IMG/VR virus record: IMGVR_UViG_3300028024_000010
Coordinates: 1 to 59,268 of that record
Reading direction: 5' to 3' (one strand)
DNA: 59,268 nt
Source: a virus
Lineage: Duplodnaviria; Caudoviricetes
Part shown: positions 8,584 to 18,123 of the stretch, piece after piece
How positions within the stretch are numbered: position 1 is the stretch's first letter
Layout of the letters: each line of letters begins with the position of its first letter
Notes under the pieces: model-generated
Databases searched by the model: none
The model's input: only the letters and a program-made list of their open reading frames with translations
What the model was told of the DNA's origin: nothing
Position numbers and translations under genes: made by a program

Positions 8584-8797
8584 TCTCGTCCGCGGCGATG
8601 CGCATGTATTCACGTCCGCGCATCTCGTCACTGGGCGCCCAGCCATTGCGAAATTGGAAATTGTCTATCGAGTGCTCCACGCCTTGCGTGAAAGCCTTGG
8701 CGAATTTCGGATTGCTATGGAAGGCGTGGGCGAGGAGCTGTGTCAAGATGATCTGCACCGCCAGGGCTTCGGCGCGTTCCTTGAATTTCCGCATCAT
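8546..8797 (-). CDS. Hypothetical protein, counter-oriented between cro and the CII-like gene
   Basis: 83-aa ORF with purine-rich RBS. Confidence 0.5.
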   Translation of the reverse strand: MMRKFKERAEALAVQIILTQLLAHAFHSNPKFAKAFTQGVEHSIDNFQFRNGWAPSDEMRGREYMRIAADEIIGPALPTKKQR

Positions 8798-9025
8798 TTT
8801 CCTTTCCCTTCCGGCGGCTGCTCTGCGAACCCTGCCAGGCTCGCTCCCAACTGCCGCCGTTTGTCGCCAGGTGCTTTGATGGGCGCTTCAACAGCCATCC
8901 GCACCTTTATCGATCAGCCCGCGCCACAGCGCCGGCTGAGTTCGCGTCCGCTTCGAGAACCGCGAGCTATTCCAAGACACCGGGCTCTCTCATCGCGTGG
9001 AAATCATGCGATGGAGAGAGCCGAA

Positions 9026-9418
9026 ATGTCCTCCCCCAATATCGGGAAAGTTTTTCCGAACCCGCGCCAGTGCCGCGACGAGCATCGCGCCCGCATCGCA
9101 GCGGCACTGCGCCTTGCCCTGCAGAGCGGCCACTGGACCAAAGAGCAGATCATCTCGACCGCTCACATCGATCGGAAGACGCTCGATAACTGGCTGAATG
9201 GCTATTGCGATCCGACCAGCTGGCGCATCGCCGAAGTCTCGAAGCTGCTCGGCCCCTGGTTCTTCATGCATATCTTCGGCGGCGATGTCGGCCGCGCCAT
9301 GTTCGAGCGATTGCAGGCGCGCGTCGCCGCGGCACTCAGCCAGCAGAGCATGGACGCCGACCTGCAGGAGATCGCTTTCCAGATGTCAGAGCTCAAAGCT
9401 GCAGGAGGCAAACGATGA
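9026..9418 (+). CDS. CII-like HTH regulator
   Basis: WTKEQII..IDRKTLDNWLNG..P HTH; position after cro. Confidence 0.7.
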   Translation: MSSPNIGKVFPNPRQCRDEHRARIAAALRLALQSGHWTKEQIISTAHIDRKTLDNWLNGYCDPTSWRIAEVSKLLGPWFFMHIFGGDVGRAMFERLQARVAAALSQQSMDADLQEIAFQMSELKAAGGKR

Positions 9419-9516
9419 GCGGTAAACCGGGCTTTCTCCCGAGCATCCAGATCAAGATTCCCTTCACGTCCTGGGTCGTGACACTCGCCGTGCCGGCCTG
9501 GATCAGCCGTATCTGA
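9415..9516 (+). CDS. Small protein (33 aa)
   Basis: ATGA overlap and GGAGG RBS; MSGKPGFLPSIQIKIPFTSWVVTLAVPAWISRI. Confidence 0.45.
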   Translation: MSGKPGFLPSIQIKIPFTSWVVTLAVPAWISRI

Positions 9517-9680
9517 CTTTCTGAAATCCAAGGGGGAAGCATCCGGTCCCCGATCATTCGGGCGCGCGATCCGGCGGTCGATCGGCGGCCGACCGGGCAT
9601 ACCAAGCAGCGATTGGGGCGCCCTGATTCATTTCCCGATCGCAGCAAGCCGCCGACCTGACCCCACCTGAGGAGAGCCAT

Positions 9681-10343
9681 ATGGCCGACAAACTGCCCAA
9701 GCCGAAGAGCAAGAAGTCCGCGTCAAGCGACGCACCGGCATCGCCGGAGAAGGCAACTGCCAAGGTCACGGCCTCGGCGCAGCCGCCGGCGCCGAACGCG
9801 CTGACCGACAAGCAGACGAAGGATTTCGCCGTGAAGGCGGTCAGGCTCGAGAAGGCCTATCAGGAGACACGCGAGCGCTGCACCGGCGAGATCTCGAGCG
9901 CGCAGGGTCTCTACCGGGCACATCTGAAGGACTTCAAGAAGCAGGGCGGCAATCCCGATATCCTGACCAAGTTCATCGCTCTGGCGAAACGCGATCCCGA
10001 GGAAGTCGCCCGCGAGACCCGCCAGCTCAATCAGCTCGCCAAGCTGATGGAACTGCCGCTCTTCGCGCATCTCGGCGTCATGGATGATGGCCGCACCACC
10101 GCCACGGCGATCGAGGACGACAAGGGCGACCCGCTCGCCAGGCTCGAGGCCGAAGGCTATGCCTCCGGTAAGGCCGGCAAGACGATGTCGGAATGTAAGT
10201 TCGCCGAGGAGACACCGGAGCATGATGCCTGGCTCAAGGGCTGGAAGAAGGCCTTGGGCGAGAATGCCGGCGTCAAGGCTCTGCCGGCCGGCCGGGCCAA
10301 GGCGAATGGCAAGCACGGTGCGACGGGAGCGACGGCGCACTGA
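9681..10343 (+). CDS. GapR/DUF2312-like DNA-binding protein with an RMF-like C-terminal motif
   Basis: KKQGGNPDILTKFIALAKRDPEEVARE resembles GapR; EGYASGKAG..ECKF..AWLKGW resembles ribosome modulation factor. Confidence 0.65.
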   Translation: MADKLPKPKSKKSASSDAPASPEKATAKVTASAQPPAPNALTDKQTKDFAVKAVRLEKAYQETRERCTGEISSAQGLYRAHLKDFKKQGGNPDILTKFIALAKRDPEEVARETRQLNQLAKLMELPLFAHLGVMDDGRTTATAIEDDKGDPLARLEAEGYASGKAGKTMSECKFAEETPEHDAWLKGWKKALGENAGVKALPAGRAKANGKHGATGATAH

Positions 10344-10345
10344 TT

Positions 10346-11185
10346 ATGAAGGCGGGCGAACTATATCAGGCGCTGCTACAGCCGGCCGGGAACTTGGAAA
10401 CATGTTACCGGCCGGTCGGCGGTCTAAATGATCCGGCTCGCTGCAAGCGGCTGCGTGAGATCGCCCTGTTTTTGGCGACGGCGCAGAAGTTCGAATGCGC
10501 CTATGAAGGCGTTCTTGACGATCAGGTATTACACGCCACCTCGGTCGATTTCTTTCGGGCAGGCGCCCTGCGGTTGCCTTATCCGCTCTGCTATTTCGAG
10601 TTCTTCGGCTGCCATGAAACAAATAAGGCCATGAGGTTGAGCGGCATCGTAACTGAGATAGGTCCAGGCAATATCGACATGACCGTCTTTGCTTTTGATG
10701 GCGGCCAATGGTGGGACTTCGGCGCGAAGGTCAGGACCGGTCCATTTTTACGCAGCACCGAGACGGCCGTGCTGGAAGAGGCGCCGGAGTGCTACAACGA
10801 AGAAGGAATGCGCTATATCGAGCGCAACGCAACGCGCTGCACCCAATACCTGACGACGCTCCTGCTTTTCCTGGATACCAAGCATGCATCTGTCCGACCA
10901 ATGGCAGGCGCGTCCGATCGAGTAAATGAGCGCCGAGCGAATGACGGCAAGAAGCCAATATTTGACTACAACATCGTCAAGTTGCAGCCGGCAGACAAGA
11001 TTAGGGCGGACTTGGGCGGAACGCATGCTTCACCCAGGCCTCACCAGCGTCGCGGGCACAAGAGGATGTTGCGCGCCGGTGGCGAGACCTATGTTTCGCC
11101 GTGCCTTGTCGGTGTCTCTGGGAGGGGAGTGATCGACAAGCATTACTTGGTCGCCCCGTCTGACAAAGGGGGTGGCGCGAAATGA
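10346..11185 (+). CDS. Conserved phage protein of unknown function
   Basis: LRLPYP motif and C-terminal GGTHASPRPHQRRGHKRML motif. Confidence 0.7.
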   Translation: MKAGELYQALLQPAGNLETCYRPVGGLNDPARCKRLREIALFLATAQKFECAYEGVLDDQVLHATSVDFFRAGALRLPYPLCYFEFFGCHETNKAMRLSGIVTEIGPGNIDMTVFAFDGGQWWDFGAKVRTGPFLRSTETAVLEEAPECYNEEGMRYIERNATRCTQYLTTLLLFLDTKHASVRPMAGASDRVNERRANDGKKPIFDYNIVKLQPADKIRADLGGTHASPRPHQRRGHKRMLRAGGETYVSPCLVGVSGRGVIDKHYLVAPSDKGGGAK

Positions 11186-11685
11186 GCCGCCGCCTTGCTT
11201 TTTATGATCTGTCGAAATCGGTCGGCTGGGCTTTCGCAGAGGATCGGCTTTCGCCGAGATTCGGATGCAAGGAGTTTCCGCGCGGCCAATACGCGACCAC
11301 TGGGCAGGTGTTTCATAAATTCCGCTGCTGGCTTGTTGACGAATTCATTAAATGGGATCCGACGGACGTTGCCTTCGAAGCGCCGATGTTCGCCGGGAAT
11401 GCTGGCGAGGTCGCCTATCTTCTCATCGGCATGGCGGCGATCACCGAAGAGCTGTGCAATGAGCGCGGCGTACCTTGCTATCAGCAGACGCCAGACGAGA
11501 TCCGCAAGCACCTCCTCGGCTTTGCCAGGGGCAATGACATCAAGGGCCATGTCGGCTTCAAGCTGCGCCAGCTCGGCTATGATGTGGTCGACCATAATGC
11601 TGCTGATGCCTTGGCCGGCCTCATCTACATGCAGGACTGCTTCTTGCCTGAATCCGCAACCGTTCTCGCCGGAGCCGCACAATGA
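11182..11685 (+). CDS. RuvC-like Holliday junction resolvase
   Basis: DLSKSVGWA, VAFEAP and DHNAADA motifs (RNase H fold). Confidence 0.75.
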   Translation: MSRRLAFYDLSKSVGWAFAEDRLSPRFGCKEFPRGQYATTGQVFHKFRCWLVDEFIKWDPTDVAFEAPMFAGNAGEVAYLLIGMAAITEELCNERGVPCYQQTPDEIRKHLLGFARGNDIKGHVGFKLRQLGYDVVDHNAADALAGLIYMQDCFLPESATVLAGAAQ

Positions 11686-11888
11686 CCGGCGAGCGAAACC
11701 CAGGCCCTGATTGCAGCCTCTTTGTCGGCGACCGCATCGTCCATATGGAAGGCTGGGAAGGCGCCGTTGAGGCGATCAGCATCCTTGCCGATGGTGCGAT
11801 CGAGGTCAAAGTCTCCCGCGACACCGGCGGCACCTGGACCGGGCTTCGCGGCTATCTGCAATTCGATGGCCGCGACAGGGCGGCATAG
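11682..11888 (+). CDS. Small SH3-like hypothetical protein
   Basis: 68 aa, VGDRIVH..GAVEAI; ATGA overlap. Confidence 0.55.
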   Translation: MTGERNPGPDCSLFVGDRIVHMEGWEGAVEAISILADGAIEVKVSRDTGGTWTGLRGYLQFDGRDRAA

Positions 11889-11990
11889 GGGGCGAGATGT
11901 TCAAGAATGTTCTGCTGGGCGCTAGGTCACCAAGCTTCGTCTCCATGTGGATATGAGCCGGCGATAACAGGTTGACGGACGGGGACGAAC

Positions 11991-12869
11991 ATGGGGCAGG
12001 CAATACTGGCGATCCAGGAACCGGTAACACAGCTTTCCGAGCTCGGTGAGCGGCCGCAGCTGGTCTGGCTGCCGATCGGCAAGCTTGATACCGATACCTC
12101 CTATCAGCGCAGCATGGCCGGCACCGCCAGTCAAAGGCTGATCCGCCATATTGCCCTGAATTTCAGCTGGTCGCGCTTCCAGGTCCTGACCGTCACGCCG
12201 AAGCCCGCGGAAGGCTGGGACATTCCCGGTTGGCTGATCATCGACGGCCAGCACAGGGCGGCCGCAGCGCTTCTGCGCGGCGACATCGCCGACCTACCAT
12301 GCATTATTCTCGATCTGCCCGATCGCGCCAGCCAGGCGCAGGCCTTCGTCGCCTTGAACCGTGACCGGGTCGCCATCAACCGGATGCAGATGCACCACGC
12401 CGCCGCTGCAGCGGGCGATCCAGCCTCGATCCAGCTCAATGAGATCTGCGCCGCCGCCGGCATCGAGATCCCGCGCAACGTCGTGCCAAAAGGTATTCTC
12501 AAGCCAAATCAGACGATGGCCGTCTCAACCCTGCAGCGGATCCTGCGCGAACAGGGTGCCGCGACCATGCATGGCACATTGAAACTCACACGTATGGCCT
12601 GGCCGAGCCGGCCCTGCCCCGCGGATCTCATCGACGGCCTCGCCTTTTTCATCTCAAACCAACGCGGCGCGTTCGATGCCGATCATCTCCTGACAATCCT
12701 GAAACTCAGAATGCCGGATTCCTGGCTCGAGATCAGCCGGCGCCGGAAATATGAGGACAAGTGCAAGATCACCCGCGCTGTAACGCTGTCGATCATGGCC
12801 ACCTACAACGCCAAGGCGCCTGCCGGATTGCCGAAGCTGAAGCTGGAGGCCGTCGATGCCAGCGCCTAG
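11991..12869 (+). CDS. ParB/Srx-like (DUF6551-like) protein
   Basis: D.SYQR, F.WSRF and IIDGQHR motifs. Confidence 0.8.
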   Translation: MGQAILAIQEPVTQLSELGERPQLVWLPIGKLDTDTSYQRSMAGTASQRLIRHIALNFSWSRFQVLTVTPKPAEGWDIPGWLIIDGQHRAAAALLRGDIADLPCIILDLPDRASQAQAFVALNRDRVAINRMQMHHAAAAAGDPASIQLNEICAAAGIEIPRNVVPKGILKPNQTMAVSTLQRILREQGAATMHGTLKLTRMAWPSRPCPADLIDGLAFFISNQRGAFDADHLLTILKLRMPDSWLEISRRRKYEDKCKITRAVTLSIMATYNAKAPAGLPKLKLEAVDASA

Positions 12870-14025
12870 CAAGCTTCCGCCGATCAGCCGGAAAGAAGCC
12901 GAGTATTTGATCGCCGTTCACATCGCCGATAAGGGCGTCACGCTCTGCAAGGCGGGCGTCGCCATCGGGGCACCTGTGCATCAGTTGCAGGCCGACCCCG
13001 CAACGATGTTGAAATTTCCGGATGAGAGATCGCTTCCTGCGACCCGTGGCGGCGCGCAAGCACAGATCAAGGAGATCGCGCGGCGGAAACAGGAATTCAT
13101 TGAGATCAATACTCAGCCCGGCTTCAAACCCGGGATCGATGTGCCGCCAAAGCCGGCCCCGCGGCCTGTCCAAGTAGCGGTCCATGCCGCGAAACCGCTG
13201 GCCACGCCCAAGACCGTCACGCCGCAGGCCCTGGCGCCGGTTGCGGCGGATGCCAATGGGGGGGGCATGCCGGCTAGGAACGCCCATACCCAACACGCGG
13301 GGCCGAAGCGCCGCTTCGAGAAGCATTTCAGGCCGGGCAAGCCCCGTGTCCTGGCGCGCGACCACGACGCTGTCACCGCCAGCCATACGATGTTTGTTTC
13401 GACGGTCAAGCCAGCGGCCGGCGAGTTCCAGCTGCTGAAATCCGGCGAGCATCAGCGCAAGATCGGCAGCCATGTCGTCAAGGGCGACTGGGCGCAGATG
13501 CCGATCTTCACCCTGACGCTCGAGGAGCGGGCGACCTGTCCGCGCAGCTGTCTGCACTGGCATGACTGCTATGGCAACAATATGTACTGGTCGACGCGGA
13601 TCTCGGCAGATGAGACCTTCCTGCCGAAGCTGGAACGTGAGCTCGGCGCCTTGAATATGATCCATCGGGGTGGCTTTGTCGTCCGGCTGCACATCCTTGG
13701 CGACTTCTTCTCGGCCGACTATGCGCGCTTCTGGCAACGGATGCTGGCGACATTCCGCGCCCTCAGGGTCTTCGGTTACACCGCACGGTCGCCGTCCGAT
13801 GACATCGGTGCCGTGATCGATGTCATGAACCGGGAATCAGCCGGCCATTGTGTCATCCGCTTCTCGAATGGTGTCGCCTATATCCCGCGCACGGTGACGA
13901 TCGACCGGCCGGAACAAGCCGGCGCAGCGATTGTCTGCCCGGCGCAGACCGAGAGGACTGCCTGCTGCGGCACCTGCGCGCTGTGCTGGTCGAGTGACAA
14001 ACCGATCGCTTTCCTGAGGCATTGA
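12856..14025 (+). CDS. Gp88-like Cys-rich protein, possibly Fe-S/radical-SAM related
   Basis: TCPRSC..W..CY, VRLHILGDF, FGYT and CPAQ...CCGTCALCW motifs. Confidence 0.7.
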   Translation: MPAPSKLPPISRKEAEYLIAVHIADKGVTLCKAGVAIGAPVHQLQADPATMLKFPDERSLPATRGGAQAQIKEIARRKQEFIEINTQPGFKPGIDVPPKPAPRPVQVAVHAAKPLATPKTVTPQALAPVAADANGGGMPARNAHTQHAGPKRRFEKHFRPGKPRVLARDHDAVTASHTMFVSTVKPAAGEFQLLKSGEHQRKIGSHVVKGDWAQMPIFTLTLEERATCPRSCLHWHDCYGNNMYWSTRISADETFLPKLERELGALNMIHRGGFVVRLHILGDFFSADYARFWQRMLATFRALRVFGYTARSPSDDIGAVIDVMNRESAGHCVIRFSNGVAYIPRTVTIDRPEQAGAAIVCPAQTERTACCGTCALCWSSDKPIAFLRH

Positions 14026-14423
14026 AGATGGGAATCGATTGGCAACTCAATGCCCGGCGTCTGACCACGGATCTGGAGATGGCAACGGAACGGATCCGCG
14101 AACTTGAGGAGGCGCTCGGTGTCACCTTCCGCGGGGCGCCCTGCTTCGGCCTTACGAAAAGCGAGGAACGCCTGGTCGGCGCCTTCTTGAAAAACCGCTT
14201 CGTAACCAAACGCGCTGCTGCAGCAGCGATCTATATCGAGGGCCGCGACATGGCACCCAGCACTAACCTTCTCGGTGTCCATATCTCGCATCTTCGCCGC
14301 AAACTGGCGCCGTTCGAAATCCGCATCCGGACGGTTTATGCCGAAGGCTGGGCCATGGAGCCGCCTCACCAGGCGCGGCTGCGGGCGATCCAGGATGCCG
14401 CGGGACTGGCGGTGCAGGCATGA
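14022..14423 (+). CDS. Stand-alone OmpR/CtrA-type winged-helix DNA-binding protein
   Basis: LTKSEERL..VHISHLRRKL..IRTVYAEGW; no receiver domain. Confidence 0.78.
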   Translation: MKMGIDWQLNARRLTTDLEMATERIRELEEALGVTFRGAPCFGLTKSEERLVGAFLKNRFVTKRAAAAAIYIEGRDMAPSTNLLGVHISHLRRKLAPFEIRIRTVYAEGWAMEPPHQARLRAIQDAAGLAVQA

Positions 14424-14998
14424 GTTCAGCCGCGAAATCCTTCCGCGACGTGCCGGTCTATGACCGATCGCAAGATGATTGGTACGTCGACCCGATCTGG
14501 TGCACCGAGCTGCTCCTGAAGCATGAGCGGTTTGTCGGCCAAAGTTATGACCCTTGTGCTGGCGGCGGCAACATCATGCTCGCCGTCGAGCGATCGGGGG
14601 GTGCAATTGTCGGTTCTGACATTGCGCCGAAGGCAGCAGGCATCGAGCGCATGGACTTCTTCAACGCACGCTGCCGGTATCAGAATCTCATCTTCAACCC
14701 ACCCTACAAAGACGCCGAGCGCTTCATCCGCCGAGCGCTTGATCTTGCCGAGCATAAGGTCGCGGCGCTTGTCCAGCAGCAATTCCCTTTCAGCCAGACG
14801 CGCCATAGCCTCTTCACCGAGACGCCGGTTGCGCGGCTTTATTTCCTTAGCACCAGGCCATCGATGCCGCCTGGCCGGCTGCTACAGGCCGGCGAGATCA
14901 AGGCCAAGGGCGGCAAGACCGATTACCTCTGGATTGTATGGGACCACGACCATAAAGGACCGCCGCAGAGCTTTTGGCTGAGGCGAGAGGCGGCCTGA
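14420..14998 (+). CDS. DNA amino-methyltransferase (m6A/m4C type)
   Basis: DWY, YDPCAGGG SAM-binding motif, catalytic NPPY. Confidence 0.8.
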   Translation: MSSAAKSFRDVPVYDRSQDDWYVDPIWCTELLLKHERFVGQSYDPCAGGGNIMLAVERSGGAIVGSDIAPKAAGIERMDFFNARCRYQNLIFNPPYKDAERFIRRALDLAEHKVAALVQQQFPFSQTRHSLFTETPVARLYFLSTRPSMPPGRLLQAGEIKAKGGKTDYLWIVWDHDHKGPPQSFWLRREAA

Positions 14999-16485
14999 TG
15001 GGCAACATGCCGACTCAACAACAGCCCAAGATCGAGTTCCCGGAGCATCTCTTCGTGCCGGAAGCCGAAATCGCCCTGCTCGCCGCGATCATGGCGGACA
15101 ATTCGGTCATTCACCGCGTCAATGGGTGGCTGGAGCCGAGCCATTTCGGCGACCCGCTGCGTGCCCGGATCTTCGAGGCCATGCACGCCATGGCCAAGGA
15201 GAAGGCCAAGATCAGCCCGGTCTCGCTCCTGCCATACTTTGCCAGCGACCGGGCCTTCGCCGATCGTCAGGATATGACACCGCAGCAATACCTTGTGCGG
15301 CTTGCTCAAGGCGTGGTCAGCGTGATCGACGCAGAGGATTACGGGCGGCCGATACTCGAGGCCCACGTCCGGCGCGATATGATGCGCGTATCCGCGGAGC
15401 TCTCGAACAGCGCGATCAATGACCGCTTCGAGATCGACGCCGGCAGCTTTTCCCTGACGCCGCAGCAAGCGACCGCGAAGATCATCGCAGATCACCGCCA
15501 GAAGCTGATCGACCTCGAGGTGACGCTGCAGGGACCGAGAGAGGAGGAAACGCTTGAATCGATCGGCGACAGGGCGCTGCAGGCGATCGAGGCGTCCTAC
15601 CTTGCCAAGGCCCCTGTCGGTGGCATTCCAACCGGCCTTGCCGATCTCGACCGGAAACTCGGTGGCTTCTTCCCTGGTGAGCTCGTCATCGGTGGCGGGC
15701 GACCGGGAATGGGCAAGACGGTCTTCGCCGCCACCTGCGCCTGGCGGGCGGCCTATGGCGGCATCCCATCGGCCTTCTTCTCGAAGGAAATGTCATCCGA
15801 ACAGCTCTTCCAGCGCATCCTCGCCATGGAGACCGGGATCGGCACCGAGAAACAGCGGACCGGCAAGATCAGTGACCGGGAATTCAGCGAGCTGATTGAG
15901 GCGAAGCGGCGGATCAGCAGCTTGCCGATCCATATCATCGACCAAGCGCGCATCACAACTTCGATGATCGAAGCCAAAGCCCGCGGCATCCTGCAGCCCG
16001 GCAAGCCCGGCATCGTCATCATCGACTATCTGCAGCTGATCACCGGCGAAGGCGGCTCGCGCAACGCCAACCGCGTCGAGGAACTGACCAAGATCACCCG
16101 CGAGCTGAAGCTGATGGCAAAGAGCCTGCGGGTGCCCGTTTTGGCGCTATCTCAGATCAACCGCGGCGTCGAAGGGCGCGATGACAAGCGGCCGATGGTG
16201 TCGGATCTCCGGGAATCCGGCTCGATCGAGCAGGATGCCGACCAGGTTTTGCTGTTCTACCGGGAGGAATATTACCTCGAAAGGGGTGAGCCGCGCCGCA
16301 AGCCCGGCGAGGGTGATGCCTCGTTCAAGGAGCGCTGGAACGATCACCAGGCCGATATGGAGCGCTGCCGCGGTGTCGCCGAGATCATCATCGGCAAGCA
16401 GCGCTTCGGCTCCGGCGGCGCAGTCCAGGTAGCCTTCCTTGGCGAGGCGCAGCGCTTCGATGATTTGCAACACGGGGAATATTGA
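14998..16485 (+). CDS. dnaB: Replicative DNA helicase
   Basis: GGRPGMGKT, FSKEMS, IIDYLQL, LSQINR and SDLRESGSIEQDAD. Confidence 0.95.
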   Translation: MGNMPTQQQPKIEFPEHLFVPEAEIALLAAIMADNSVIHRVNGWLEPSHFGDPLRARIFEAMHAMAKEKAKISPVSLLPYFASDRAFADRQDMTPQQYLVRLAQGVVSVIDAEDYGRPILEAHVRRDMMRVSAELSNSAINDRFEIDAGSFSLTPQQATAKIIADHRQKLIDLEVTLQGPREEETLESIGDRALQAIEASYLAKAPVGGIPTGLADLDRKLGGFFPGELVIGGGRPGMGKTVFAATCAWRAAYGGIPSAFFSKEMSSEQLFQRILAMETGIGTEKQRTGKISDREFSELIEAKRRISSLPIHIIDQARITTSMIEAKARGILQPGKPGIVIIDYLQLITGEGGSRNANRVEELTKITRELKLMAKSLRVPVLALSQINRGVEGRDDKRPMVSDLRESGSIEQDADQVLLFYREEYYLERGEPRRKPGEGDASFKERWNDHQADMERCRGVAEIIIGKQRFGSGGAVQVAFLGEAQRFDDLQHGEY

Positions 16486-17489
16486 TGGCGCGTATACGAT
16501 CTATTCATCCCGGCACCTTTACCGACGAATCATTCGTCACCTTATCGTCCGACGCACAGGTCTTTCTGATCGGCCTTTGGACGGAAGCCGACGACCAGGG
16601 CATTTTTGAGTGGAAGCCACTCACGCTCCGCTTGAAACTGCGACCGACAAAAGACGGCGATGTCAGTGAGTTACTGGCTCAGATTGAAGCCGTTAATGCG
16701 ATCAAATCCTTCACCATCGAAGGCCGTAAGTACGGCGCAATTCGGAATTTCAGGAAGTATCAGAAGCCAAAATCTCCGAATTCGACCCATCCCACCACAC
16801 CGGAAATCCGAATTTACGTCTGCTTAGATAAGCCGATTTCCGAAACGTCGAAGCCTCAGCAAGAGCAATTTCCCCAAAAAGGAGAAACGGCGCTGCTGAT
16901 GGAGGATGGAGGAGATAAAGGGAAGAGGGAAGAGATTCAATCCCCCTTACCCCCTTCGCCAAAACTCAACACCGGCCGCGAATGGTCTGATGGCGGGAGG
17001 GGAATGGTTGAGCCTGATCCAAACGACAAGGATTTCGTTCAGGTCATTTCTGCCTTCGATCGGGAGCGCGTCCTGACATTCGGGCCGAAACAAGCTCGGC
17101 CCTTCATCCATGGCAGCGATGCGACGCAGGCTCGGAAATACCTCGCCGCGGGTGCCGATCTGATGCTTTGCAGGGAGGTGTTTCAGGCAGGGTTTCAGCA
17201 GGCAAAGGCGCAAAACGAAACCATCCCGGGAACGCTGAAGTATTTCGAGACGCGCATTGCCAATGCGATCGCCACGGCTGCCAAGCCGATGAAGGCCGGA
17301 TCGGCATCAGCAGGAGACCGGCAATCGCGGCCGCAAACCGTTTCCGGCCCGGATGATTTCACTTGGCAGCTCCGCATCGAGACCTTCCGCGCCAAGGGCA
17401 CATGGAACGCGATCTGGGGCGCAAAGCCCAATGAACCCGGCTGTCTGGCGCCGAAGCATCTGCTCGAGGGCAAGACCGATGCGGCGTGA
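16485..17489 (+). CDS. Phage replication initiator
   Basis: MARIRSIHPGTFTDE..IGLWTEADDQG N-terminus; adjacent to dnaB. Confidence 0.75.
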   Translation: MARIRSIHPGTFTDESFVTLSSDAQVFLIGLWTEADDQGIFEWKPLTLRLKLRPTKDGDVSELLAQIEAVNAIKSFTIEGRKYGAIRNFRKYQKPKSPNSTHPTTPEIRIYVCLDKPISETSKPQQEQFPQKGETALLMEDGGDKGKREEIQSPLPPSPKLNTGREWSDGGRGMVEPDPNDKDFVQVISAFDRERVLTFGPKQARPFIHGSDATQARKYLAAGADLMLCREVFQAGFQQAKAQNETIPGTLKYFETRIANAIATAAKPMKAGSASAGDRQSRPQTVSGPDDFTWQLRIETFRAKGTWNAIWGAKPNEPGCLAPKHLLEGKTDAA

Positions 17490-17673
17490 CCCGACGAGCC
17501 CATTGGGCGGCTGGCAGAGCAGCATTTGCACGTTGAGTCCGGAGCAGATCGAGGACTATCGGCGCCGCGCCTTCCATGCCGGTTTCTTCGATATTCGGCT
17601 CGATGATTGTCGCCTGGCCGAAAGCGAGCGGCAGGTTCTGATTACCATCGGTCAGCGCATTTGGGGGAGATAG
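17479..17673 (+). CDS. Small hypothetical protein
   Basis: Starts MRRDPTSPLG, overlapping the initiator end. Confidence 0.55.
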   Translation: MRRDPTSPLGGWQSSICTLSPEQIEDYRRRAFHAGFFDIRLDDCRLAESERQVLITIGQRIWGR

Positions 17674-18123
17674 ATGATCATGGCAAAGCGTCGACCGACC
17701 CGCGAGGCCGACGTCTGGGATGGCTGGGCCCCGACCGATGAGATGATCATGCGTGCAGCTGCCAGCCAGCCTTTCTGGACGCACTGGGAACGCGAGAAGG
17801 TCGAGAGCATCCAGGAGCTCTATGACGCCTTCACGATGCGCTGTTCAGCCCTTCTGGTGCGATCATTCGATCCAGCGCGGGTGCAGCGGCACGCGGCGCC
17901 GTTCATGTCCCAGGCCGAGGAGGACATCTACAGCCGCCTGGTTCAATGGCTGCGCGATGTCCATGACGCCGGCCTGCGGCGTTACGTGCCAATGGCGCAG
18001 GGCGTAATCGTTAACGAGGATCAGTGCCCCGACAAGCACCTGTTCGAACGGATTGTCGGGTTCCATGTGAAGATCCGGCAGGCCGAGCTACAGCGGTATG
18101 TGGCACAGAAGCATCGAAAGTGA
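17674..18123 (+). CDS. Hypothetical protein at the late-regulator (Q-like) position
   Basis: 149 aa with GGAG RBS; function inferred from position only. Confidence 0.6.
   Translation: MIMAKRRPTREADVWDGWAPTDEMIMRAAASQPFWTHWEREKVESIQELYDAFTMRCSALLVRSFDPARVQRHAAPFMSQAEEDIYSRLVQWLRDVHDAGLRRYVPMAQGVIVNEDQCPDKHLFERIVGFHVKIRQAELQRYVAQKHRK

Noticed and set aside
11899-11912. GTTC-AAGAAT-GTTC as an alphaproteobacterial LexA box
   Set aside because: The spacer is 6 nt rather than the canonical 7.
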